Virus record (IMG/VR): IMGVR_UViG_3300032011_002687
Span: 3,419-67,418 of that record
Reading direction: 5' to 3' (one strand)
DNA from: a virus
Length of the DNA: 64,000 nt
Positions within the stretch are counted from its first letter, which is position 1. The number at the start of each line of letters is the position of its first letter. The notes below the pieces were generated by a model. The model was not told where the DNA came from. It ran no database searches and was given only the letters and a program-made list of their open reading frames with translations. Positions 1 to 9,502 of this stretch are shown here, piece after piece. Position numbers and translations under genes: made by a program.

Positions 1-162
1 ATCATCCCAAACACTCTCTCTAAAATCATCTGCATCCAAAACTATTTTGTTTGGTACATCGAACTTCAAAGCAATGTTTGTCTTTCCACTTCCGCTATTT
101 CCGTGAAACCACCACACTTGTCCTGGTCTATCATCAGGTATTACTCTGTGTATTGCTCCCAT
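1..162 (-). CDS. Adenylylsulfate-kinase-like P-loop kinase, N-terminal part (runs off window edge)
   Basis: Not in ORF track; manual translation MGAIHRVIPDDRPGQVWWFHGNSGSGKTNIA...VLDADDFRE; Walker A GNSGSGKT plus LD.D..R as in CysC-like kinases. Confidence 0.65.
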   Translation of the reverse strand, partial: MGAIHRVIPDDRPGQVWWFHGNSGSGKTNIALKFDVPNKIVLDADDFRESVWDD

Positions 163-1207
163 CTTCAACCCTTTCGTAGTCTTTAAAGACATCACTCCAA
201 CTATAAGTGTATGCCTGTTTACTTAAATTGAATGCATTTTGTTGGGACATTTTATCTGCGTTAGGAAACCAATATTGTTTCTTTCTCATCACAGTCATAT
301 CATCTGTTGTGAAATCCTGTCCCTTTATATACATTCGTTTATTTGGTAATTTTCTATTGTGAACCAATAGAATATTTTTAATTATATATTGTGTTAATTG
401 GCCTTGAAAGTGTATTAAACAATTATTCATAAATGCTGTATCTTCGTGTACAAAGAATACACTTTTTGGTATATTAACTCCACTCTTAATTACATCTGAT
501 GATATAACTAATCCACACCCATTAAACTTTAGGTTTTGAGTAACTTGTATATCTAAATCCTCAACCTTTTCATTAATCAAATCCATTTCTTGCTGTTTCA
601 TATTGTATCGTAAACTCCACCAATTTGTTAAATCACCCTCTATGAATGGTTTATCTGTGAAGTCTGGATGTTCTAATATTTTCCAAGTATCATCCCACAT
701 TTTACAAGTACTGAAAAATCCAACATACTTTGGTGTTGTTTCTTTTGCTGCAGTATGTAGATTATCTAATATTTCAAATGTTTGTTTTGGTATCAATGAA
801 TCACTCTCACCCCACATAAGTATATCTACTTCTTCACAATACTTTTCATTAAACTCTCTACGATAATCAGCAATAGTATAAATATCTTCTCGATGGTCTC
901 CACCATTCCTATCGTGTTCTACTAATCTTAAATTATATTCTAATGTTGAATCAAAGTGGTGGTCATATCCAAATATACCCTTTAATATTTCTCTGAAGTT
1001 ATCTCGTAGTTCACCAATAGTTATTTTCTTTGTATCAACTTGTTCCAACCCTTGATTTAAATTAAAACAAATGTCAATAACCACATTCTCTTTGTTTTCA
1101 ATATCAGTTAATGCTTTTTGTACACTAAGTAGATAATCTTTTATGATATCTATTTCATAGAATTGTACTAAACATCCGATTGCAATCTTATTAGTTAACT
1201 TATGCAT
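134..1207 (-). CDS. Putative GT-A fold glycosyltransferase
   Basis: 357 aa; ILMWGESDSLIP (DxD-like) and FFVHEDTAF motifs; glycan cluster context. Confidence 0.5.
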   Translation of the reverse strand: MHKLTNKIAIGCLVQFYEIDIIKDYLLSVQKALTDIENKENVVIDICFNLNQGLEQVDTKKITIGELRDNFREILKGIFGYDHHFDSTLEYNLRLVEHDRNGGDHREDIYTIADYRREFNEKYCEEVDILMWGESDSLIPKQTFEILDNLHTAAKETTPKYVGFFSTCKMWDDTWKILEHPDFTDKPFIEGDLTNWWSLRYNMKQQEMDLINEKVEDLDIQVTQNLKFNGCGLVISSDVIKSGVNIPKSVFFVHEDTAFMNNCLIHFQGQLTQYIIKNILLVHNRKLPNKRMYIKGQDFTTDDMTVMRKKQYWFPNADKMSQQNAFNLSKQAYTYSWSDVFKDYERVEDGSNTQSNT

Positions 1208-1964
1208 AATTGTGTTTTACTCTCTCCCATACATTCTTCATCAAAGCATTTCGTTCTGTTTTTTCAAATCCATTAAAATGCCAAACCCAACCAACATTCC
1301 ATAGTAAATCACTCTGTAATACTCCTCGTAGATGTAATTGTTGTAGATTAAATCTCTCATCTAAAAACTCAATATCGTGTTCACTATTTCGTATCATATA
1401 ATTAATAGGTGTTTGGTCTGAACCCTTTTTTACAGTCTCGTGTTGTCTCATTCGTATTTCATCTTCGTTCTTATAGTAAAAATCTGTAACACTCTTACAC
1501 CATTCTTTGTGTTTCTTATTCAATACAATGAAACCACAATTAAAATAACTTAACCAATCAAATTTAATATCAGGCCAAAAATCTTGATAACCTTGAATAC
1601 TATTATGAGTCCACTCTATAAAGAATCTATCTTGTATTGCACCAAACTCACCTTTTGATGCTTCAAAAAAATCTGGACAATCCCAATGTACCATCGTATC
1701 AATATCAACTAATGCTACATTATCATATTCTATACCATTTGCATCCAATACTTCCATCGCATGCCATCTTTGCCAAGTGGGTTTCATACCTGGAACTTTC
1801 ATTGTTCCATCACCCTTTGGTCTTAACTCATCTTCTAATATGAATAACTCTACATCATTCTTATCACACCAATATTGCCACGATTTATAACACCACTCAG
1901 CATAATCTAATCTATCTGGTGCATCTACCATTGCAGTCATAAATACTACATTTTTACTCTTCAT
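1200..1964 (-). CDS. Glycosyltransferase (GT8/GT34-like, GT-A)
   Basis: ALVDIDTMVH DxD, YFNCGFIVLN, SDQTPINY, WHFNG; start moved to MKSKNVVF to reduce overlap. Confidence 0.75.
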   Translation of the reverse strand: MKSKNVVFMTAMVDAPDRLDYAEWCYKSWQYWCDKNDVELFILEDELRPKGDGTMKVPGMKPTWQRWHAMEVLDANGIEYDNVALVDIDTMVHWDCPDFFEASKGEFGAIQDRFFIEWTHNSIQGYQDFWPDIKFDWLSYFNCGFIVLNKKHKEWCKSVTDFYYKNEDEIRMRQHETVKKGSDQTPINYMIRNSEHDIEFLDERFNLQQLHLRGVLQSDLLWNVGWVWHFNGFEKTERNALMKNVWERVKHNYA

Positions 1965-2193
1965 TAAAAACCTCAATACATAATATGTTTTTATCATTAA
2001 CCATTACCCAAGTACCATCAGTTTGTTTAAATTTAGTAAACTGTCCTTGTAATAATGATTTTGATATGACATGGTTAAATGTTCTTTTCTCCCCACCAAC
2101 AAAATGTATGATTTGTGTTACCACTTCACCAACCGCATTTACTGATGACCTTAAATCTGTATATTCTCTCTCCACTAACTCTTTCACCATCAT
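1954..2193 (-). CDS. Hypothetical protein
   Basis: 79 aa ORF with AGGAG RBS, packed between neighbours. Confidence 0.6.
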   Translation of the reverse strand: MMVKELVEREYTDLRSSVNAVGEVVTQIIHFVGGEKRTFNHVISKSLLQGQFTKFKQTDGTWVMVNDKNILCIEVFNEE

Positions 2194-2744
2194 AACTCCT
2201 TTATTTGATTTAACAAATCACTACTGATTGTAAATCCCATCTTCTTAAATTTATCTATTCTACCAAGTAATTGTTCAATGGTATGATAATTCTCAACTCT
2301 TAGTGGCCAATGATTACAAATTAACCTTTTATGTGATATATCATCAAAATATGTAGGTGAATATCTAAACATTTCGTTTTTAAACTCGTATCCACCAGTG
2401 ATTATAGTGAAATCAAAATTAGAAACCACATCATCGTAACTTCCCTTTCCCCACCTCACATTATCATCGTTGTTCCATATCAATTGAACAATTAAATCCT
2501 TACATTTATAATTTTTGAATGCATTAGTTTCTTCTATACATTCAAATGAATCTCTAAAATAATCATCTACATTTTTGTATTTTTCGTAATCTCTAAAATA
2601 TAAATCTAAATCTGAATCTAATGGTAACTCCATCATTAATTTTAGAATACTACCACCCATTAAACAAACATCATTCTCTTTCAAAATATCTATATTTATA
2701 TCATTTGATTCTAATATAGTTAATAACTCTTTTTGTTTATTCAC
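2190..2744 (-). CDS. Nucleotidyltransferase (Pol-beta/CCA-adding-like head domain)
   Basis: MGGSI...DSDLDLYF (GG/GS + DxD) and NFDFTI motif. Confidence 0.7.
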   Translation of the reverse strand: MNKQKELLTILESNDINIDILKENDVCLMGGSILKLMMELPLDSDLDLYFRDYEKYKNVDDYFRDSFECIEETNAFKNYKCKDLIVQLIWNNDDNVRWGKGSYDDVVSNFDFTIITGGYEFKNEMFRYSPTYFDDISHKRLICNHWPLRVENYHTIEQLLGRIDKFKKMGFTISSDLLNQIKEL

Positions 2745-3358
2745 TTCTTTTTCAATCCTACTATCGTTTGTCCACCATCTCCTACTTGCGTATCTTTTAT
2801 ACTAACAACTTCAGTATAATAATCAAACACTTTATGGTACTCTGGTCTTGGCCAGAAATCGTGTATGAACACGATGGAATTTTCATCTATATAATTCAAT
2901 ACTTTATAAGCACAATCTGTTCTTGCTCTACCATCTATAAATACTATATCAAAATGGTCAACCCCCAAGTTATCTACATAATCTATGTACTCACCCCAAA
3001 CATATTTATCTCTTGGATATACACAATCATCTAACTTTGGTATATTATGATTATCTAAATGTTCTGAAGCATATAGTATATTATCATCATACTTGTTCCA
3101 AAATTCCTCTCTATTGGTTGGTACACCCTTTGGTATATCACATAAGTGTATTTCTGCGTTATCAAGTTTATCATCATATATCTCCTGTTGTACATTCCAA
3201 TACCAATCTAAGTTATGTTCTATACTATAAAACTTCTTTACATACTTTGGGAATATTGTAGTACTACCACCACAACCCCACTCTAACATTACCGAATCAT
3301 CTTTGCAATAACTCTGTACTAATTCTATTTCTCGTGGATGTATATTAGGTGTTAACAT
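2741..3358 (-). CDS. Class I SAM-dependent methyltransferase (likely sugar O-methyltransferase)
   Basis: MLEWGCGGST motif I, YSIEHN, DIVFIDGRAR, IFIHDF. Confidence 0.8.
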   Translation of the reverse strand: MLTPNIHPREIELVQSYCKDDSVMLEWGCGGSTTIFPKYVKKFYSIEHNLDWYWNVQQEIYDDKLDNAEIHLCDIPKGVPTNREEFWNKYDDNILYASEHLDNHNIPKLDDCVYPRDKYVWGEYIDYVDNLGVDHFDIVFIDGRARTDCAYKVLNYIDENSIVFIHDFWPRPEYHKVFDYYTEVVSIKDTQVGDGGQTIVGLKKK

Positions 3359-3361
3359 AAT

Positions 3362-4528
3362 CTACCAGCCTTTTTTAATAGTCTGAACGATATACTCTCG
3401 TTCTTTTTTAGTAACCCACCAACCAACTGGTATTGCAATTAATCTTGGTGTAATCTTATCAAGTGTAGGTAGGTTTCTTTCAAATTCTTTTACACAACTA
3501 TGAATATCATTTCTTTCGTGTACTTGTGATACCATAATATCGTGTTTCTTCATATGTTCCATAAACTCATCTTTTCTATCAACTAATAAACTATAAATCC
3601 AAAATGATGATTTGTGATTAGGTTTTCTTTCTAATAATTGTACATCTGTTACATCACTTAACTCTTCATCATAGTATTGTGCATTCTCTTGATGTTTACT
3701 AACTATCTCATCTAAATGTTTAAAGTTCTCAATACCAAGTGTTGCAGCAATATCATTCATATGAAATTTATATCCCCACTCTTTGATATCTTCTTCACAT
3801 CTGAAATCTTTCTTATTAGATTCTCTATCTATACCATACCACCTTAACAACTTAGACCTATCATAAGATTCTCTATCTGGTGTGATTAATATTCCACCAT
3901 CACCCGTTGTGATGTGTTTAATTGCTTGAAAACTAAATGTACACCAATTTCCGTGAGAACCTATTGGTTTGTTATTATATGTAGAACCCATCGCGTGAGC
4001 ACAATCTTCTATAATTGCTGGTTTAAAACCAAATCGTTTTTCTGCGTTCCTTGCAATCATATCTAATCTATCTAAATCGACTGGATAACCACCCCAATGT
4101 ACAACAAATATAACTTTTGTTTTCTTTGTTATCTTTCTTTCTAAATCAACCAAGTCCATATTCAATGTTTTCTCATCTACATCAACCCATTTTATCTTTA
4201 GGTTATTTGCAAGTATTGGCCAGTTGGTTGCAGTACAAGTTAATGGTGTGGTTAATACTTCATCACCATCCTCTAATCCAGGCCAGATATTTCTTGATGC
4301 ACAACCCTCAAATACTTCATCTATTGGTTTTTTTAATTGGTGTAATGCTAAATGTTCTGCAGATGTTGCAGCATTTACAGTCGAGATATAATCAACTCCA
4401 AAGTATTCTTTTAAATTACTTTCAAACTCTTCTACCTTTGGTCCTTGTCCTATAAACCCACTCTCCAATACTTTTCGTACTGATTTGTGAGCATTCTTGT
4501 CCATAAATACTTTAAATAGTGGTATCAT
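3362..4528 (-). CDS. DegT/DnrJ/EryC1/StrS PLP-dependent sugar aminotransferase
   Basis: GPKVEEFE, VVHWGG, IIEDCAHAMG, FSFQAIKHITTGDGG (PLP Lys). Confidence 0.95.
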   Translation of the reverse strand: MIPLFKVFMDKNAHKSVRKVLESGFIGQGPKVEEFESNLKEYFGVDYISTVNAATSAEHLALHQLKKPIDEVFEGCASRNIWPGLEDGDEVLTTPLTCTATNWPILANNLKIKWVDVDEKTLNMDLVDLERKITKKTKVIFVVHWGGYPVDLDRLDMIARNAEKRFGFKPAIIEDCAHAMGSTYNNKPIGSHGNWCTFSFQAIKHITTGDGGILITPDRESYDRSKLLRWYGIDRESNKKDFRCEEDIKEWGYKFHMNDIAATLGIENFKHLDEIVSKHQENAQYYDEELSDVTDVQLLERKPNHKSSFWIYSLLVDRKDEFMEHMKKHDIMVSQVHERNDIHSCVKEFERNLPTLDKITPRLIAIPVGWWVTKKEREYIVQTIKKGW

Positions 4529-5240
4529 CTAAGTATCTCCTCGCTTCCTTGTTCCATAAATCTATGGTTTCTTGTGGTCTTGTTTCTCCTCTACCATAAT
4601 GGAAGAAGAATGGTTTTTGATTGATTGAACATTGTTCTCCGTGTGGTAAATTTAAAATGTGTTTTGATTTATCACCAACATATTGTCCTTGCATTGTAAA
4701 TGCTGTATTCTCTAATATAATACAACTCTCTCTATTCTCTGCTGCTACCTTAGTTATGTTACCACAACTATCTATGTGAGTTGCATCTGGATACAAATCA
4801 TACTTCTCAAAATTCTCTCGTTTAAATATCATAAACATTTCTCTACATATACTTCTATCAAATCTATTACTCACCAAGAAAACATTTTCTATTAGTGGTA
4901 GTATATCCTCTGTCCAAGTATCAAGGAATAATATATCTGAATCTAAAAAACAAACTATTGGATTGGAAGTATTTTTCATACCCATTGTTAATCCTGCAGA
5001 ATGATTTATACTACCATCACCTGGTTTCTTCCACACCCCATCTTGTGGGCCTTTTAATATCTGATAGTTATCCTTATCTTTATAGATTTCTTTGTATCTT
5101 TCTACATCATCACCATTATCAATTATGGTTACATCAAATGGATGGTCTACGAATTTCTCTACACTTTCAAGTGCAAGTTTTACATATTCTGTATTTTTAA
5201 AACTTACTATTATAAAATCAATTTTGTTAGAATGGTTCAT
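4512..5240 (-). CDS. Glycosyltransferase family 2
   Basis: IIVSFK...TIIDNG...CFLDSD motifs. Confidence 0.8.
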   Translation of the reverse strand: MNHSNKIDFIIVSFKNTEYVKLALESVEKFVDHPFDVTIIDNGDDVERYKEIYKDKDNYQILKGPQDGVWKKPGDGSINHSAGLTMGMKNTSNPIVCFLDSDILFLDTWTEDILPLIENVFLVSNRFDRSICREMFMIFKRENFEKYDLYPDATHIDSCGNITKVAAENRESCIILENTAFTMQGQYVGDKSKHILNLPHGEQCSINQKPFFFHYGRGETRPQETIDLWNKEARRYLDDTTI

Positions 5241-5919
5241 AAGTATTTCCCTCTAACCCCATATTCCAAAAAGGATTTAATGAATAAATATTACACCCAT
5301 AAACCTCTTTAATTTTATCTCTAACTTCTATATTCATATCTTTAATAAGTCCTAACCATTCAGTAATTCCACCATAGTTATCTGAAGATTGCCAGTGACC
5401 TTCCATATAACCATTGTAGTATTTATCCCCATTTACTGCTCCATTATCTGCACCACTTATTATAATATTTTTTGCACCCATATATGCTGCTATATTCATT
5501 GCACTCGTTATACTTGACCTTACACAAACCATCTTATCTGTTCCAATACAATCTAAATCTAAACTACCATCTGTTTTTTTATTGTTCCCATTATCCATAT
5601 GGTCAAACATATAAAAGTTGTCTGAATATTCAGGTTTATTTTCTCCAGAACTATAATGTCCAGCGTGAAACTTTGAGAATAATAGTTTTAACTCAGCACC
5701 TTTCAATTCGTCAATACTTGCATCAAACCTTGAAGATTCTGATAAATCTTTCATCACTGCATAATCACAAGGAAAGTGTCGGTACACTTGATTTAACCCA
5801 ATTGTTATTTTGTTCTCGAAGAAACTTGAATTAATATAATTCATTGAACCACCTGCACATATAATCCAAATATCATCACCAAGATGTTTATCTTTTAATT
5901 CTAATATTTCTTTATACAT
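5227..5919 (-). CDS. DUF115/Maf-like (MptE-like fold) protein, candidate nonulosonic-acid transferase
   Basis: IWIICAGGSM, TIGLN, AAYMGAKNIIISGAD pattern; adjacent to a CMP-sugar synthetase. Confidence 0.65.
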   Translation of the reverse strand: MYKEILELKDKHLGDDIWIICAGGSMNYINSSFFENKITIGLNQVYRHFPCDYAVMKDLSESSRFDASIDELKGAELKLLFSKFHAGHYSSGENKPEYSDNFYMFDHMDNGNNKKTDGSLDLDCIGTDKMVCVRSSITSAMNIAAYMGAKNIIISGADNGAVNGDKYYNGYMEGHWQSSDNYGGITEWLGLIKDMNIEVRDKIKEVYGCNIYSLNPFWNMGLEGNTYEPF

Positions 5920-6565
5920 TTAACTCCCCATAAATATACTCTGCAACTTTGAAATCAAACTCTGTATCAATATCAATTGATTCTATTTCATCTGTTAAAA
6001 AAAATGTTGGTTCAAATACAACATTTTTGTGTTTGTGTAAATCTTCTTTAGATAAAATACAACATCCATAATTTACCGAATATATATCAGGTAAATCTTG
6101 TGAATTTGGTGAATCACTTGGATTGTAATTTAATGGTCTACCATCTAACCACATATGATGCTTGTGTGATATAGCAGTAACAATGTTTTTAAAATTACCT
6201 GTCTTATACTTAGTAACTATCTCTGTAATCGTTTCACTACTTAATAGTGGTGATGTACAAGGTGCAAACATAATATCACCATCTTCAACTATTGTGGATA
6301 GGTTTTGCATAAAATCACTATTGTTAACTTCATTACTTGCAAAGTGTTCATCTCTCTTATGAGTACTAACATTGTACTTAGTGGCAATATCCAACATCTT
6401 TTCTGAATCACTTGTTACAACTATCTCATCGATACCTTGAACTCGTTTAAGTGTTTCTATTTTTATTTCTAATAGAGTAGTTCCTGCAAAAGGTTTTATA
6501 TTTTTATCCTTAACTCTTTGTGAACCCGCTCTTACTGGTATTATTGCTGTTAATTTATTACTCAT
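5912..6565 (-). CDS. neuA: Acylneuraminate (CMP-nonulosonate) cytidylyltransferase, NeuA-like
   Basis: AIIPVRAGSQRVKDKNIKPF, TSPL, SIDIDTEFDF. Confidence 0.88.
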   Translation of the reverse strand: MSNKLTAIIPVRAGSQRVKDKNIKPFAGTTLLEIKIETLKRVQGIDEIVVTSDSEKMLDIATKYNVSTHKRDEHFASNEVNNSDFMQNLSTIVEDGDIMFAPCTSPLLSSETITEIVTKYKTGNFKNIVTAISHKHHMWLDGRPLNYNPSDSPNSQDLPDIYSVNYGCCILSKEDLHKHKNVVFEPTFFLTDEIESIDIDTEFDFKVAEYIYGELNV

Positions 6566-7248
6566 AATTGACCTCCATTTATATCAAGTGTTGTTCCTGT
6601 GATGTAAGATGATTCATCTGAACACAAAAACAATATTCCATTCACAACTTCTTGTCTTGTTGCGATTCTACCCAATGGTATTAATTTCCCTAATTCTTTT
6701 AATTCTTTTTCTGTCATAGATTCCTCTAACATATCGGTTCTTGTTTGACTTGGACAAACTGCATTCACATTAATATTTCTTTCACCAACCTCGTGAGCAA
6801 TTTGTTTTGTTAATCCTATTATACCTGCTTTACTCGATGTATAATGTACTCCAGCATTACCAATACTTTTGTTTCTACCAGCAATTGATGATACATTTAC
6901 TATCCTACCACCCATTGACATATTCCATAGTACTTGTTTAGTGATATAGAAAAAACTTCTAAGATTTGTATCAATTACACTATCCCACTCATCTACTGAA
7001 ATATCTTCGATTTTCTTTGCAAATGTTATACCTGCATTATTTACTAATATATCTATCTCATCTGGTAAATTGTGTGTAAAGTAAGAATCAATCTCCTCTA
7101 TGTTAGAGATATCACAATTACTACTATTAATACCATATACATCTGCTCCTGCAGCAACAAAGTTTGCAAAAAGACATTCACCGATACCTCGTGAATCTCC
7201 CACAATTAAAACTTTTCTATCAGTAAAATCCCACTTAATATTACTCAT
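6562..7248 (-). CDS. Short-chain dehydrogenase/reductase
   Basis: GDSRGIG, LVNNAG, YTSSK, DINGG; start moved to MSNIKWDF. Confidence 0.92.
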   Translation of the reverse strand: MSNIKWDFTDRKVLIVGDSRGIGECLFANFVAAGADVYGINSSNCDISNIEEIDSYFTHNLPDEIDILVNNAGITFAKKIEDISVDEWDSVIDTNLRSFFYITKQVLWNMSMGGRIVNVSSIAGRNKSIGNAGVHYTSSKAGIIGLTKQIAHEVGERNINVNAVCPSQTRTDMLEESMTEKELKELGKLIPLGRIATRQEVVNGILFLCSDESSYITGTTLDINGGQL

Positions 7249-7675
7249 CATCATCCTCATACACATGCATAACATCTGGCCAATTGATAGCATATCTAAC
7301 TGCTGGTTCATCACTAATACAAGTTATCTGATGCCAAGTTCCTTTTTTAACATTAATGATATCGCCTGTTTTAACTTTCATAGTTCCTTTCCCATCAATC
7401 CACCACTCAAACTCACCATCCATTATTATCCAATTCTCATCAGCTTCTGGATGATAGTGTTTTCTATTACCCTCACCTGGTTGTTGTTGAATTACTACTC
7501 CTTGATAATTTGTATTAAATGAAGTTCTAACTGCCCAAGAACCTAGTCCTAACTCGTCTCTCAATTCTTTAAGACTTATATTTGTAACATTTTCATATTT
7601 TTTTAAGGTATCCCAATCAACTGCGGACATCCCATCACCTCTTAAAACACTCTCTAAATTTGAATCTTTTTTCAT
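7241..7675 (-). CDS. Cupin-domain protein
   Basis: KHYHPEADENW...GDIINVKKGTWHQI cupin motifs. Confidence 0.85.
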   Translation of the reverse strand: MKKDSNLESVLRGDGMSAVDWDTLKKYENVTNISLKELRDELGLGSWAVRTSFNTNYQGVVIQQQPGEGNRKHYHPEADENWIIMDGEFEWWIDGKGTMKVKTGDIINVKKGTWHQITCISDEPAVRYAINWPDVMHVYEDDDE

Positions 7676-7696
7676 AATATAACCTTTAATAAATAG

Positions 7697-8323
7697 TTAA
7701 TAAATTTTGTAAAGAGAACATTTTTTTGTCTCTGTTTCTGGTGTATTCCAATATGTCCATGCGTTTCCATTTTTGTATATGTTGTAGATATCTGTGTACA
7801 TCTCAACATTCAACTCACAATCAAACAACTTGTGTTTGTAGAAATCCATTTCGATTCTTCTCGGTATCTTCTTATGTGATGGCCAATGTGTTTCAGATTG
7901 TAATAAATCTGTAATTAATAATGGTTTATCAACTCTATTGTACATCAACTCAAAAATCATTTTATGGTCTATGTGTCCATATTCTCCCATAGGATTATGT
8001 GTGAAAACAAAATCACATTCCTTTGAATCTACACAATCAACTATCGTGTTTTGCATATCCTCTAATGTAGTACCACGAGTTTCTAATTTATAAAACTCTG
8101 ATGGATAATCAAAACAAGTTAATGGTATGTTATATTTATCACACACCTCTTGTAGTAAAAACTTTCTGTGAGCATATTCCTGTCTTGCTGGATTATTAAA
8201 ATCTGAACTACACATAATGATTTCCTTTTCGTAATCATCATCTTGAAATATTGGCCAACCAAATATTATTTCATCGTCTGGATGTGCCATCACCATTACT
8301 ACTTTTGTTTTCTTTTCTTCCAT
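7697..8323 (-). CDS. PIG-L/LmbE family deacetylase
   Basis: AHPDDE and GEYGHIDH motifs. Confidence 0.88.
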   Translation of the reverse strand: MEEKKTKVVMVMAHPDDEIIFGWPIFQDDDYEKEIIMCSSDFNNPARQEYAHRKFLLQEVCDKYNIPLTCFDYPSEFYKLETRGTTLEDMQNTIVDCVDSKECDFVFTHNPMGEYGHIDHKMIFELMYNRVDKPLLITDLLQSETHWPSHKKIPRRIEMDFYKHKLFDCELNVEMYTDIYNIYKNGNAWTYWNTPETETKKCSLYKIY

Positions 8324-8325
8324 AG

Positions 8326-9087
8326 TTATTTCTCCAAATAATAATCTGCAACTTTTTTATGACCAGTATGTAAACAAATCACATCATTAATACCAACACT
8401 CATATCACAAACACACCATTGAAATGGTAATATGTTTGGATTCCAACCTTGTTTCCATATTGCTCTCCACATTGATAATGGACCTCTTGCAGGATTAGTT
8501 TCCATTTCATTACAATATTCTTTTAATACATCTCTTGCTTTTTGATTTGATGTATCTAAGGTGATTGGTGACATATTAGTTATCATACCATTTCCACGCG
8601 TTGGGTCTTCGTCTAAAGTATAGTTTCCATCCATTCCTCTAATCCCATCAAACCTAACCTGTAATCTTGGATTCTCTGGTATACACATACCAAATTTTTG
8701 TGTGAGTGGTACAATTGTTTTAAACTCATCATTAACTACATACATATCAGAATCCATACATATAGCAATATCTGCATCTGATTCCAACAACCCCTTTACT
8801 TTATAGTAATCATTACTTCTGTTACCATATCTTGCTTCACCTCTTTGTGAAGTAGAATTACCCTCAAATATATTATCGGTAATCATCTCGACTGTATATG
8901 GTAATTCTGTATTTATAGATACCTCTGTATCTGTTATTAATGTTAAACTTACATCATAATCATCACCCATTACTTTTGAAAATGTAGATAATGTTGGGTC
9001 TAATCTCTGTGAACCCTCGAATAAGTTTCCACCCATATTTTTTCGTTCTTCTCCGAACTCTGCCATTATTAATTCTATACTAACCAT
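8326..9087 (-). CDS. Putative glycosyltransferase (GT-A)
   Basis: AICMDSDMYV DxD, ILPFQW, CLHTGH; cluster context. Confidence 0.55.
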   Translation of the reverse strand: MVSIELIMAEFGEERKNMGGNLFEGSQRLDPTLSTFSKVMGDDYDVSLTLITDTEVSINTELPYTVEMITDNIFEGNSTSQRGEARYGNRSNDYYKVKGLLESDADIAICMDSDMYVVNDEFKTIVPLTQKFGMCIPENPRLQVRFDGIRGMDGNYTLDEDPTRGNGMITNMSPITLDTSNQKARDVLKEYCNEMETNPARGPLSMWRAIWKQGWNPNILPFQWCVCDMSVGINDVICLHTGHKKVADYYLEK

Positions 9088-9502
9088 TTTCTAATATCCT
9101 TTTTCTTAACTCGGTTGATGAGTAATTATGGTCTCTCGTATTAAATACTATTTTGATTGGTAAATCTATACCAGTCAAATTTGGATTACCTTTCCAATCC
9201 TCACCTACAAATCTAACATCAGGACTAATCTCCTTTAACAACTCAATCAAATCCTCTTCTGTATCATATTCAATTATCTCATCTATATATTTTACTGCTT
9301 CTAATTGTATTCTTCTTTCCTCTACTGATTGTATAGGTTTATTCTTTTCAGGTCTATCAATCGTTGGGTCTCTATGTAAACCAACTATTAAATAATGACA
9401 TTGTTCTTTTACTTCTTTCAACATCAATATATGTCCTGCGTGTAATAAATCCATTGTTCCAGCCGTAAATCCTCTTCTCGTTTTTCCCATCAATATCGCC
9501 AT
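9080..9502 (-). CDS. Glycerol-3-phosphate cytidylyltransferase-like (TagD/RfaE-II family)
   Basis: GTMDLLHAGH (HxGH), VGEDW, YSSTELR. Confidence 0.9.
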   Translation of the reverse strand: MAILMGKTRRGFTAGTMDLLHAGHILMLKEVKEQCHYLIVGLHRDPTIDRPEKNKPIQSVEERRIQLEAVKYIDEIIEYDTEEDLIELLKEISPDVRFVGEDWKGNPNLTGIDLPIKIVFNTRDHNYSSTELRKRILENG

